A stretch of 64,000 bases of DNA, from assembly GCA_050230475.1 (NCBI GenBank), contig JBFLGF010000030.1, forward strand, positions 1-64,000, given 5' to 3'. The translations under genes were made by a program, and so were the position numbers. The notes under the pieces are model-generated. The model was not told the DNA's origin and did no database searches. It was given only the letters and a program-made list of their open reading frames with translations. This DNA comes from Ancylonema sp. Its lineage: Eukaryota. Numbering within the stretch: position 1 is the stretch's first letter; each line of letters begins with the position of its first letter. Shown here piece after piece: positions 43,968 to 55,349 of the stretch.

Positions 43968-44977
43968 CACCGTACCCGCCATATTTAATGTCCCGCTAAT
44001 TAATTATTTAGTTTCGAGTGGGGCGAAAATCCGGGTCATAAATATTAATTCCCTGGTCGGCTCTTGGGGTCTTAAGTCACTTTAATTCCCCGTTTTTTAT
44101 TTTTCCTGAGGCGTGATGTTTTACTAAGGGTTCAGTGCGTTTTTTTTTGTACCTGGGTCTTTATCCAATACTAATGGTTTCGGTAGAGATCGGTGAAATA
44201 TGAGACATATGAACTTAATGAACGGGGAGAATGCACAACGGAATCCTCACAAAAGGTGGTAGGTTGATAGTAACGATGATTTCTCATTGTCTTTGGAGCG
44301 ATTTTTTTTATCATGGTTAGAATGATGGTAACCAAAGAGCGTCTACAAATAGTGATATATGTGAAATGGAAAAAAAGTTCAAGTTCCGGTGTTTCAGTAA
44401 GAAAAAAATTCACAACAGTAAACGAACGTGATTCAACGCATGCACAACATCCCCAAACCAAAGGAGGCCTCGTTGTTTTGAGCCGGGTTAAAACGGTTCT
44501 GGTGCCCTCCTGGTGGGCGCCCGGACATCCGCAAATTATGCACGGGTTTTTAGGTTGGGGGATACTAAGGATATGGAGGGGCACATGAATATTATACGAG
44601 ATCTAAACACGAGAAAAAAACGAGTGTGAAGGAATTTAGGGGCTAAAATGATTACTACACACATTTTGCAGTGAAAGTGTCTAAATTGATATAATACCCC
44701 GGGAAAAAAAAGGAAAAAAAAAAAAACAATTAACATGTTAGATTTAGAGGGGAAGTTACATATAATATTAGAAAGGTTATTAATTAGAAGAGGATTATTA
44801 GAGATACGTATTACTGGATATGGTGGGGCAACTGTAGATGATTAATCGACGGGAAAGGGGTGGGCGGAATGCTGGGGCGCAAAAATTAATTCCCAAGGGG
44901 GTGGGCGGATTGTTGGGGCATCGATGTATTATTTTGAGTTGGGTTTTGCTAGGACATGAAATATGGCGGGTACGGTG
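43968..44977. mobile_element. MITE with CCGTA termini, nested
   Basis: 26-bp TIR CACCGTACCCGCCATATTT(A/C)ATGTCC, one mismatch. Confidence 0.8.
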
Positions 44978-46977
44978 CCCTTAAATACCCTCAAATACCC
45001 TCAAAGACCCTCATATACCCTCAAATACCGTGGGGAATTCCGGGTATTTTTGGGTACGAGGGTTATTCCGGGTTATTGCGGGTTTTTAACCCGGTTTTTG
45101 GATGCCGGGTTATTTGCGGGTTAATACCTCAGGGTTACGGGTTAAGGGTTTTCCGGGTAACGGGTAGACCGCCACCTTACTCCCGACCCACGGCCTCTCC
45201 CGATTCGCTCTATTTACTACCTCCCTTGGCTGCCACGATTTATCCGCATCGAGTGCATACCCCACCTTTCTTCAAAAATTTACGATGAATATGTTTCTCT
45301 GGCATTCTTCTGTATGTTCCGCCAAAATAAAAAATAAAAAAAATCCTTCCCGCTATGCTGTTCGCGCGCGCTTTCTTGCCATAATACTGTTTTATTTACT
45401 CTGTAATATATTCTGGCGTCCGAATTATTTTGCGCAATTTTTTTTCACTCGAATTTGAAAGTAGGACCACATAGCGTGTCTTCGCTTTCAATTTGGTTGT
45501 AAATTCGCTCAGGTCGGATAAATTGAAGGGCTGCGGATGACAACAGCCCGGAGTGGAAGGTCCGCTGGTAGCATGAGGGTGCAGTAGAGGCCGAATTGAG
45601 TGGAAAAGGAGGCTACCAAACCTCATGCTCCGTTTCGGTGATGTGGCAATATTGTTACACGTGTGCATTTCGGGTTATCTAATTAATTTTGACGGCAAGC
45701 TTCGAACGGCCAAATCACCAGCCGGCACGAGAATGGCCGACTTGGTGCAGGTACGCATTCCCCTAGTTTGCGCGTAACACCTCCCGGGGGGAAAGCGGTT
45801 ATGGGGGGTGGCGAGTGGAATACCGGAGGGGCGGTTGGGAAGGAGCTTCTCCTAGCCGTAACGGAAGGGAGGGTGGGATGGATGGGGCAAACATCGTTCT
45901 ACCGGTGTACACGCAACTCCTACATGTACAACTTAGCTATGAGATAGTAATCGATATTAAAAAGCCTTTTCTTTTGATTTTTAACAACTCAAATGTACCG
46001 AATATTCAGTATACCCGTGACGTGCGAGATGGAGTTGGCAGACAGCCTGTCGACGAAATCTCTCAAAAACAAAGAAATCGGTAGATTTTGGGGAAAAATG
46101 TAAAACTTGACTTTTTATAGTTTTTATGCGTCGATGAAAATGACTTAGTTGATGACTTGGCTGCTTGTCTGGATGAGCAACATCGGGAGTGGGCCTTTGG
46201 TCATCATCTGGATCTCACTCCCCCCCCCCAGCTACGAAGGCTCTGCGTCGGAGGTTGGGACACATGGACAGATGATGTGGAGCAAGGTTAGGATGCATTG
46301 CAGAATGCCGGGTTTCTTGTTGTGCAATGTCGAGACATATGTTTTCTCAAACGTAGTACACACACGGCCAGGCTGGTTAGGAAGTCCGAATTGCATTGGT
46401 TTCTAGTAGTAGGCATGATGAGAGGTGCCGGAGTCATACTGTAGTTGAATGGCATGCAAGGGTGGAGGAAATTGCTATGAAAGAAACTGTGGGTTGTTGA
46501 CATGTGGTGAGACAGCAGGGGTTGACACAGGGTCATGATCTATTGTGGTTACTCGCCAAGGTGTACAACGTGAGGTTTCTTCAGAGAGAGGTGGTCAGTG
46601 ACAAATCAAATATGGAACTTCTGCCAAAAATTCCAAAATGTCTTGTTCTGTTTGACATAACTTGGTTGCATTTGCAGCGAGGGACTCTGTTTGAGTGGTG
46701 GCTGGCTGAGAGCAAGGGTAAATAGTGGTCGAAGAAGTTGATGTCCTGGGTGAATTAGAAACGGTAGAAGATGCACTGGTGGTTTTCCAAGGTTCGTCAT
46801 TAACAGGTGGTGGGATTGCCGATGGCGCAAGGAGAACTCATCGTACGGATTTCTTCTTTTTGTTTTGTTTCTTTGGTTTCACTTGCATTGGTTGGGTGAC
46901 AGGATGCATAGGAACTTTGGTTGAGTTGGCCCTCTACCTCAACAAGGATTGTGGGGAATTGAGGTGAGGCGTTGTCC

Positions 46978-47990
46978 CTAGGGGTTGTAGGTTGCCATGA
47001 TGATGGATGCCAGCCAGTGGGTGACGTGACGATCAAGGGACAAACCAAGGGTGCTGCGACGCTGGGCAGCGGTGCGGATCATTCCCACTGGTCCTGCAGT
47101 GGCTCCCGGGGTGAAGCCCATGGCACGTTCCAGATCATAAGGTGAGGGTGTAATGTAGGTGCCAGATTGTTGTTCATACACCATGCCCTCGCCTGGGTGA
47201 CCGGTGGCCGGATCAACGGTGAAGTCAAAATTGTCGGGGAACGGGGTGATAGGCGGAAATGCTCGTCGGGGTTGCCTAGCAATGTTCACAATCGGGGGTT
47301 GCACATCACTGGCAAGCACTGGTGTCGGGAAATGGCCTGGTTCTAAAATGTATGCAAGTTGACATCCAATGGTTTCTCCAGGCAGGCAAGCCTCAAGAAG
47401 GCGGGTTGGCATATGGTTCTGCCACACAAGGGTTGAGCGGTGGTTGTTGGAGTTGACCGCGGCTGCCTCGATGACGGCTAGGTGTCCAAGGACAGTAGTA
47501 ACCAAACGGTACATCTCTGCTACCCAAAGTGGTGAATCCAAAAACCTGTGGGTGAAAAGAATGTAACGAGGACGGTGATCTTGGATGTTTGAGAGGTTGT
47601 GCAAACCTTGTGCAGTGCCAGGAAAGGGTACACACGGTGATCGAAGCCCCCCCTAAGTGGACTAAAGGTGACCTCCGTTTCCCTGTTCCAATTCCCCCCC
47701 ACAATGTCGATTTGGCCACGCTCGTTGATGAGGCGCCTAAAGGCAGGTTGTGCCGTTTCCTCGATGATGTTGCTCCCCAAACGACTACAACAGCCCGCGA
47801 TCGCGCTGTCGGGGAGTTGTCCGGGGAATTGTCGTTGAGCTTTCTGCAGGGCGAAATACACGGCCTGTTCGTCCGCCTTGCTCTCCACCTGCGTCGTGTA
47901 AGTCCCCACAAAGTCGCTGCATTCCAAATGGAGGTAGAGGATGCTGATGTCGGATCCCCCAAATGGTTCGTGGATGTGCACGCCTTTGCT
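46978..47990 (-). pseudogene. DNMT3-like C5 cytosine methyltransferase fold with substituted catalytic motifs; one frameshift near 47600
   Basis: Motif I-like GVHIHEPFGG, FPGQLPDSA, motif IV position GQIDIVGGNWNRE, GFDHR, motif VI position YILFTH, motif VIII-like EAAAVNSNNHRSTLVWQN, motif IX-like LERAMGFTPGAT, motif X-like QRRSTLGLSLD. Recognised by eye, not by HMM. Confidence 0.75.
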
Positions 47991-49888
47991 GAGGATGGAC
48001 GGGTGAAGGGGTGCGATGCCAGCTGGCATAGATTTTGCTCCTTGAAACTTCCGTCCGTTCCAATGAAGCCGCGGTGGGGGAAGGGTGAAATCCTGCATGA
48101 TCTTGTGGTTTCCCAAACGCAGCAATCGTTGACTCATGGTGAGTTGCTCCTCGCGGATGGTGGCGACAACATTCACGTTACGGGGTGTGTAGATGCTCCG
48201 AGTTTCCTCGGCTAACTGCTGGGGTGAAAATGTTGCAGGCAATACCCATTGGGTGATGAGGTAAAGATAGCCCGGAATGGTGAGATGTTGATCTTTGGGG
48301 TTCCAAAAGGGGAACTTCTGACAGTAGCGAGCTCGATGCCTGTCGAGATCGTCACCATCACGGGGGTCTCGCAAGGTGTCGTAGCCACGGAGTGCCAAAT
48401 GTCGTTTTGCAGCCGTCGCCATAGCGTTGACTGCCGCCTGGTCTTGGGCAAATTGGGTTGCATTATGCTGTGGGGAAGGGATGGGGAGAAGAAGGGGTAC
48501 TGAAGGTTGGGTCTTGGGGAGTGTCGATGGTGGGGGACGCCGGGGAACAGTCTGGTACACCGGAATGGGCTGGGGCGTCGGTGAAGTTTGGGCTGGGGGA
48601 GTAGTCCTCTGTCGATGTATAGGACGCTGCAACTCCGCGTGTGGGCTCCGGACTGGTTTGCGATCTCCGATGGTGATCGTAGTTCGATACTTGTATCCCG
48701 GAGGTGGAACATTCTTCATGTTGTCGTCGGAGTCAGAGTCGGAAAGTTCCAGCTTCACGACCGGGTCAGCCTTTTCTTTGCCTTTCTTCTTCTCCGCTTG
48801 GTAGACTGCGATGGCATCTTCCTTCGCCCACAATGCCGCAGCCTGGTTGAAGATGGTGTGGTTGGCTTGTTGCAGATCGTCAGCCATGTTGTCGATTTCG
48901 CGTTGACGGCCCGCTAGCAAATCTGCGTCAACGTTGTCGACCGTTGGTTCGTCCACTGGCGTAGTGTCCTCAGCACCTTGGATGCGATCGGCTTCCTGTT
49001 CTGCTTCCCACTCCTGCCAAAGTAGAGCACGGAGTTCAACGGTGAGTTTATCTTTGTCCGCTTTCTCCCTCTTCACTCGATCCGTGGTAGCCTGAGTCCG
49101 AATGGCTTCGATCGATGGCACGGTCATGTGGTGAGGCTCATGAAATGGACCGGTGAGGATGATGTAGAGTTGCTCAATCGGGGTGCGCTAGATGTCTGGG
49201 TTGAACCATTGCAGCATGGTGTCGACGTATCGATCGATGTAGAGGTGGTCAGCCAATGCCATGAGGTTAAGCAAGTCAAGTTGAAGCTGCTCCTGTCAAT
49301 GGTTTTGCTACTGTCCTTTGCCAAGGTTCTGAGATGACAAGGGTGCTTGTAATGGTCCCTCCTCAGATTTCGATCGCACCGTGTCTCGAGGTACCGAATC
49401 TGCATCGACATTAGCAGATAAGTACATGTACATTGGTGCTGGCCTTATTTGCGATGCATCGACGGGTGGTAAATGTGTACCTCCGACTGTCGATGCTGTG
49501 GTGGTAACGGGTGGGGAAGGTGGTTGCATCGATGTAGTGGGTGGTGCAGCAATTTTTGCAAGTGGTGCCACTATCGTGTCATCGATGGTTTCTTGCAAAA
49601 GAATGCGTGTGGGTGATAACTTACCCTTTGGTTGTGAGGGTGCTATCGCCGCATGCAATGGTGATGTCGGGAACACGACTGAGCGTAGGGAACGACCTGC
49701 ACTCAAATTCCGTGGTGAATAACCGTGTTTCACTGAGGTGGTACAGTTTGTTGTGCAATGTGTACCCGTCGATGAACGTGGTTTTTGAGGAGTGTCTCGA
49801 AAGTACGAATCGAACTCTCGACTAAGGGTAGATTGAGGTGGTCCACTGTACTCCGAGATAGGTGACGTCAAGGGTGAGAAACAAGGTG

Positions 49889-50641
49889 CTAGAGATGACA
49901 CCGGGGTGATGAAGTCGGGTCCCACGCCGGGAGGATTGGTGTGGGATCGGTGGTGGGAACCACCGTGACGTCGTCGTCATCGAAGACGCACTTGTCCTGT
50001 GCTTGTGTCGGTGTAGTGTGCTCACTCCGAAGTCCTCGACGGTTGGAACCAGGAGGATGCGCAAACCACTTCTTGCGCGCCATGTAGATCGCCGGAGTGT
50101 CGTGGGTCTCATGAATGGCAATAGGGACGCAAGCCAAACAACGTCTTTGCGTCCGGAAGTCTGGTCGATACATGTATGTCTCGGTCCACAAATCAGGGTA
50201 TCCTCCCATCGGGCAAATAAACGAGTTGCCAAGGATGATGTCGAACTCCGTCGATGGTGAGAGATGAAGGTGCAGATGCACGGTGCAAGGGTGAGCAGTG
50301 CCTTCACCAATGGTGATGGGAATCTTTTCCTTGGTACTCCCCAAACTCAGCTCTATCTTTCTTGACGCCGTGATATATGGTGCTCCGGGGTGCAGGTCAG
50401 CGGGTGAGAGTCGGAGAAGTTTGGTGAGGTTGGCGCCAATCATGGTTTCTTTGGCACCAGTGTCCAATACATTCTCCACGGGTTTCACATCGCCTACGAG
50501 GAGAACACCTCGTCGGTTAGGCAACATGGTGATGCCGTAATGCTTCGCCAGCCGGTTGTGGTGAGCAGGTAGACGGGCTGAGTTCTTGAGGAAGACGGGG
50601 TTGGTGGTCCGGGCGTCTGCAGGGTCTTGCATGAAGTTCAC
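49889..50641 (-). pseudogene. Retroviral-type aspartic protease
   Basis: VLDTGAKETMIG active-site motif, ITASRK flap-like region and FDIILGNSF. Confidence 0.85.
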
Positions 50642-51026
50642 CGGATCGGCTGCCTCTTGGAGTGCTGACTCCGTTCCTTGGAATCTCTAGTGGGTGAAGG
50701 AGACCGTTCCTTAGTCCGCTGTTCTTCACTGTTCGCTAGGTGAGCCCTAATTTTCCGAATGCATAGGTGTGCTGACATCGACAACGACTCTAGCACTCTT
50801 TTTCCTTCGTTCCTTTCTTTGTCCTTCCTTGTCTACAATGGCTGCAACTCTGGGTGAGCGACGTGGTGCCATCATACAATGAGCCGGGAGATCAGGGTAA
50901 AGTACCTTGTGTGTCTCACTAGGGGTGAGATTGGTGTTTTCTTTCGCCGGTTCTCAAGGTAGGTCAAAGATGAGGTGATGGGACGATGCATGTACGAAGT
51001 TGGTGGCTCACGGCTATCCCACTCGG

Positions 51027-52502
51027 TTATGGTGGTTGCACCTGCACGGGGTGAAGCATCAACATGAATGGTGAGATTTTGACTGGCTCGCTTGGCTTTC
51101 TTGCATTGTGCAACGGTGGATTAACCCCCCCACAGTGTGAGCAGTGAGCCCCCTTGTGTGTAGTCAGACTCTCCGTATTTCCGTGTCCGTGGTTACTTCT
51201 TTGATTTCCTGGTGACTGTCCGTAGTTGCCACCCTTAAATGGTACCACCATTACCGTAGCTGACGATGGTGAAGGGTGAGGACGTGTCGACGAAGGTAGT
51301 GAATTTGTTGACGGTTTATCTTTCCGGGGTGAGGGACATTCTTTGGAGTAGTGTCCGTGCTGGTGACAGTTGTAACAAATCGGCTTGTCAGGTCGAGATC
51401 TCGGGAGATCTGCGGAAAAATTGACGTGACGCAGGGAAGTGGATGGCGTCCCCTGGTTAAGCTTGAGCGCGCCAAATGTCGACTGAAGCTGAGGTCCCAC
51501 CTCTCCTGGTGCTCGGTACTCAGAGCCAACTTTGGTGAGGGTGAGTTCAAACCTAAACCTATCAGCTTTTAACATGAGATCCTCGATAGGTGATGTCGGC
51601 GTCGTCTCATATAATTTCTTTTCGGTTTCCTGGAGATACCAAATATCAACCAGTTCTCGAACTCCGTCTGGTAGATGTTTCTTTAGTTTGACGACCACTT
51701 GTTCCGTTGTCATTGCCTTATGCTCTACCACGATTTGTGCAGGTTCTTTGAAGCGACTTTACAAAGAGGAGACAGACTCACTGGCTGACAAGGGTTTGAA
51801 GTTCTAGATTTTGGTAATTTGTTCACTGATAGACTGTCGGAATCGGTCTCGGAGTTCTTTGCATAATTGAGTGAGTTCTCTAGGTTCAGGTCCAAGTAGA
51901 GGCGTCGGTCGAACCATAGGTGTGGCTGGGAATCTACCATGTGTTCCCCAGTAGTACATTTCAGAGTTCTTCTCACGATGGGTGTCACGAGTTGTCATAA
52001 GGGTTGCGTCACCGAGATTGTCCTTTCTAAATTTCTTCTAGACATCATGTGCAATACCCTTGGTGAATTGACCTGCATACTCGATGGTGTCCCACTGAAC
52101 ATGTCCGTTCCGTTCGTTAGAAGTTTCGTATCTAAAATATGACCACAGAGCATCCACAAATTCTTCCTGTTTGTCACCGACCTCGCCAGAATACAAGGGT
52201 ACTTTATGTTCAGACATGTCGTCTATACTGTTGTCAAAAATACTTTCCGAGGTGACAGTAAAGGGTAGTGTCGGAACCACAACAACGGGTGTTGTGCCTG
52301 TGATAACCTCTGCTGAAGGTCCACCTAGTTGAAAAAAAACGTCTACAGGTTCTTCGTCAAATAGAGTGATTGGTAAGATGGTTTCGAGGTGACGGAGGTT
52401 GTTGTCTAACTCTGAATGTTCTAAATTCGCCGGAGTAGAATTCAAATGACTGTCGGGTGAAACCTTGATCAAACGGTTGGATTGGTCTCTTGTCCACTGC
52501 AT
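51027..52502 (-). pseudogene. gag: Retrotransposon Gag with CCHC zinc knuckle, interrupted by two in-frame TAG stops
   Basis: ORFs 52038-52502, 51804-51998 and 51027-51731 share one frame; KVPLYSGE...EEFV is a Gag-like N-terminus; CX2CX4HX4C knuckle. Confidence 0.8.
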
Positions 52503-55349
52503 ACACTATAATTCCAAAATCTAGTACGCCGGTGAGGTAATCCAGAATATTTTTATTTGGTTGCGGTCGAGTTGGATCGACAATAACTACTATGCAGTAT
52601 TCGTATGGTATATGTCCAAAGCCAGGGTGCTGAGAATAACCAAGGGTGACAGGTCACGGGGTCGGGATTTTTTTTTTCCTGGTTTCGTACCTCTCGAAAA
52701 CTGCAGACCTCGATGCGAAGAAGCTCTTCCGCTGGTCCGTTTAGAGTAGATTGGTGTAGGTTGAATCCCTACTGACCACACAAGAATGTAATTCAAGCAC
52801 GGTATGTGACTTAACTTATCAACGAAGCTTGCCGTAGCTACTACTCGCCGAAAGCTGAGATGCACTCAACGCTTAGTGGTGGGAGGTCTAAAAACAACAC
52901 TAAGGTTAATCAGAAAGTTATTGCACTTCACAACACGTGACAGCTACGAGTAAAGAGAACGCAAGCAAAAGCTATAGAATTTCTACAAGGGTGCAGAATG
53001 AATGATAATTGGTGCGACGGGATGCGCACTCACTATTGGTTTCAGGAATCAAACGTTGGTGTTAATAAAACGACTTCACAATATCTGGAACGGGTGCAGG
53101 CAATTCAAAGGGTGCATTGTCTGACTGAGCTCGCACGAAACGGTGCAGCTAATTGTAACGATTTCTGACGTAAGCAAAACGGCTGACAATCAACGACTTG
53201 CAAGGGTCACGATTTTGCACGGGTAACGATAATTTTGACTACGGCAGAATTTCACACGATGCGTATGCAAAACGGCACACGTCTTTTTGTACTACTTGAG
53301 ATGCGACAGCACGCACAAGCAAACATGCAATTTCGCATAACTTACGGCTGGATGGAGCGACGCGAAGTTTGCAAAAATTCACAGAGAATATCAAAGGCGA
53401 AACGGCACACTTGATAACGATTGTTGACGATTTCAGAATACACGAATTCATAGAGATTGCAAAGATGGCGATTGCAAAGAGTTGTTGAAATTCAGACAGC
53501 GTAAACTGACAGCGGAAGCTGGCCAGTTGAGAAAGCGACTTAGGCTTTAGTACAACCGACGCGCCGTTTCACGCGCGCGGTTATCTAGATTTATCTTGAT
53601 CTAAGGTAGAAAAAAAATTTCGACTAGACAGCTAATCGTGACTGTCTATTCTAGAGTTCTAGATTTAACACGTGCGGCGGTTCAAACGCCAGGCTGGCTG
53701 ACTGAGATAAAGCTCGGCGCGCACTGGGAATCTTCTAACTCGTCGATACGACAAAATTCTCCGAATTAAAATTTTAAAAATGGTACACCGACTTTTCTAA
53801 ATTGATTGAGTATAACAAAATTATCAATTCAAACGTCTGACTGATCGAAACTCATACAACGACAGAGTTCGATACAACAACTAAAAATCGACAATTACCA
53901 AAATTGGTATTTTTCAAGCGGATCAACAATTAAAAAGACTTTACTTTCTAACGATCTCTAGCGGCATGACACTCGTTACATGACGTTTTCCTAGTTACTT
54001 CCACGTTATCGGGATTATAAATATGGAAACATCCCACGTTCAAAGTTATATTTGTCGTAGGTTTCATTCAATGTTGCTTGTTTGAGTCGTAGCAAAAGTA
54101 ACTACACATTTATGGTGATTCTTATATTTTTCAATATATTCAGAGTAGAAAAGGTGACTCAATCAAAATATAAAAACAATAGTATTGCACATGTGATCAT
54201 TACTACTTTATTGTTGTAAGGTAACGTCTAAAGAAACGGATTGTGACAATACGTACTGATTTCAGTAATAAGACTCAAACAAATTCCCACATGAAATTTC
54301 ACGTTCGGACTGCTTTTGAAAGGATATGGTAATAGCTTGTGGTCCATGGTAGTCGCATGGAAATAATTCTACGGGGTTTTGACTATAATGTGCATTGATT
54401 TCCTTTCTAGCTTCATATTTTTCACGTTTATTTTTTTTAATATAAATATAGTTTTGAAAAACAGAAAAAACAAAAAAAAAACTTTGAATTACGTAGCGGA
54501 ACTCAAAGTGGTCGATATATCAACCAGACCCCCTCAGTATGAGTCCCGTTATAGTGACACCCGGCTACATTTAAATATTTTCACTTCTTCCATAAATTTG
54601 TTTAGTGACCCCTGTTGATGTGGTAACCCGATGACAATGTTTGGGATAGTTTCCTCATCTTTTTTTCATTTATCAGCCCGTGAAAGTGACCAACTCCGGG
54701 AGTTTTAAGTGTCCATGTACATGTGTACATGTGTCCATGTATTTTTTGTAGTGTCCTTGTCCTCGATATAGCGACCCTCAGTGTGACGACAACCTCGGCA
54801 TAGCGACATTTTTTTTGTTCAAAAAAGTATTTCCCGTAAACAAAATCTCCCTCGATAAGTAAGTATACCGATACTCCACATAATAACATTTGAAGAGGTA
54901 AAAATCTTACTCTATTTCCTCAAACAAAGTAATGTAACGGTATTGTTTTTTGTAAAAATATTGAAATGTGTAAATCCATAGGAATCTTGCAAATCTCGAA
55001 TTTTCCAGCTCCGTGTTGTTCTTTGCGGAAGCACATGAACATACGGAGTCACATAAATAAATAAATAATTTGACGATAACACCAAGATAAATTATGACAC
55101 TGAACAAGTTTTGAGCACATTTGGGTGTTCACATTGCCTCACTTTTCTACGATACAATATTATTTAGGTAATTATTTCACTTATTGATGTCATTATGCAC
55201 TATATATCGACATAATGACAAGAAGTTCCAACTTTTTTTACTTTCATCGAGGGAAGATTGTAACTGGGTTTGATTTCACATTGTCTTCCCCGATATAGAC
55301 ACCCGGATAGACTAAGAAATCAATCAATCCAATAGATTTTACATCCCTA

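Larger units (their letters stand above)
41881..45179. mobile_element. hAT-like non-autonomous element carrying nested MITEs
   Basis: Perfect 8-bp direct repeat CTCCCGAC at 41873-41880 and 45180-45187; right end ACCGCCACCTTA, left end TA..GGCGGT interrupted by a MITE; TACCC/AACCCG subterminal arrays. Confidence 0.7.
46217..53980 (-). mobile_element. Decayed LTR-retrotransposon-derived element (Gag, CCHC, protease, DNMT-like); boundaries uncertain
   Basis: Gag-like ORF pieces, CYNCHQHGHYSKEC zinc knuckle, LDTGA aspartic protease, DNMT3-like fold; polypurine-tract-like G-run+AG followed by TG at about 46217-46229 on the minus strand. No matching LTR pair recognised. Confidence 0.75.

Noticed and set aside
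53950..53985. Possible 5' LTR end and PBS (TGTCA TGCCGCTAGAG on the minus strand)
   Set aside because: It does not begin TGG, and no repeat matches the candidate 3' LTR.
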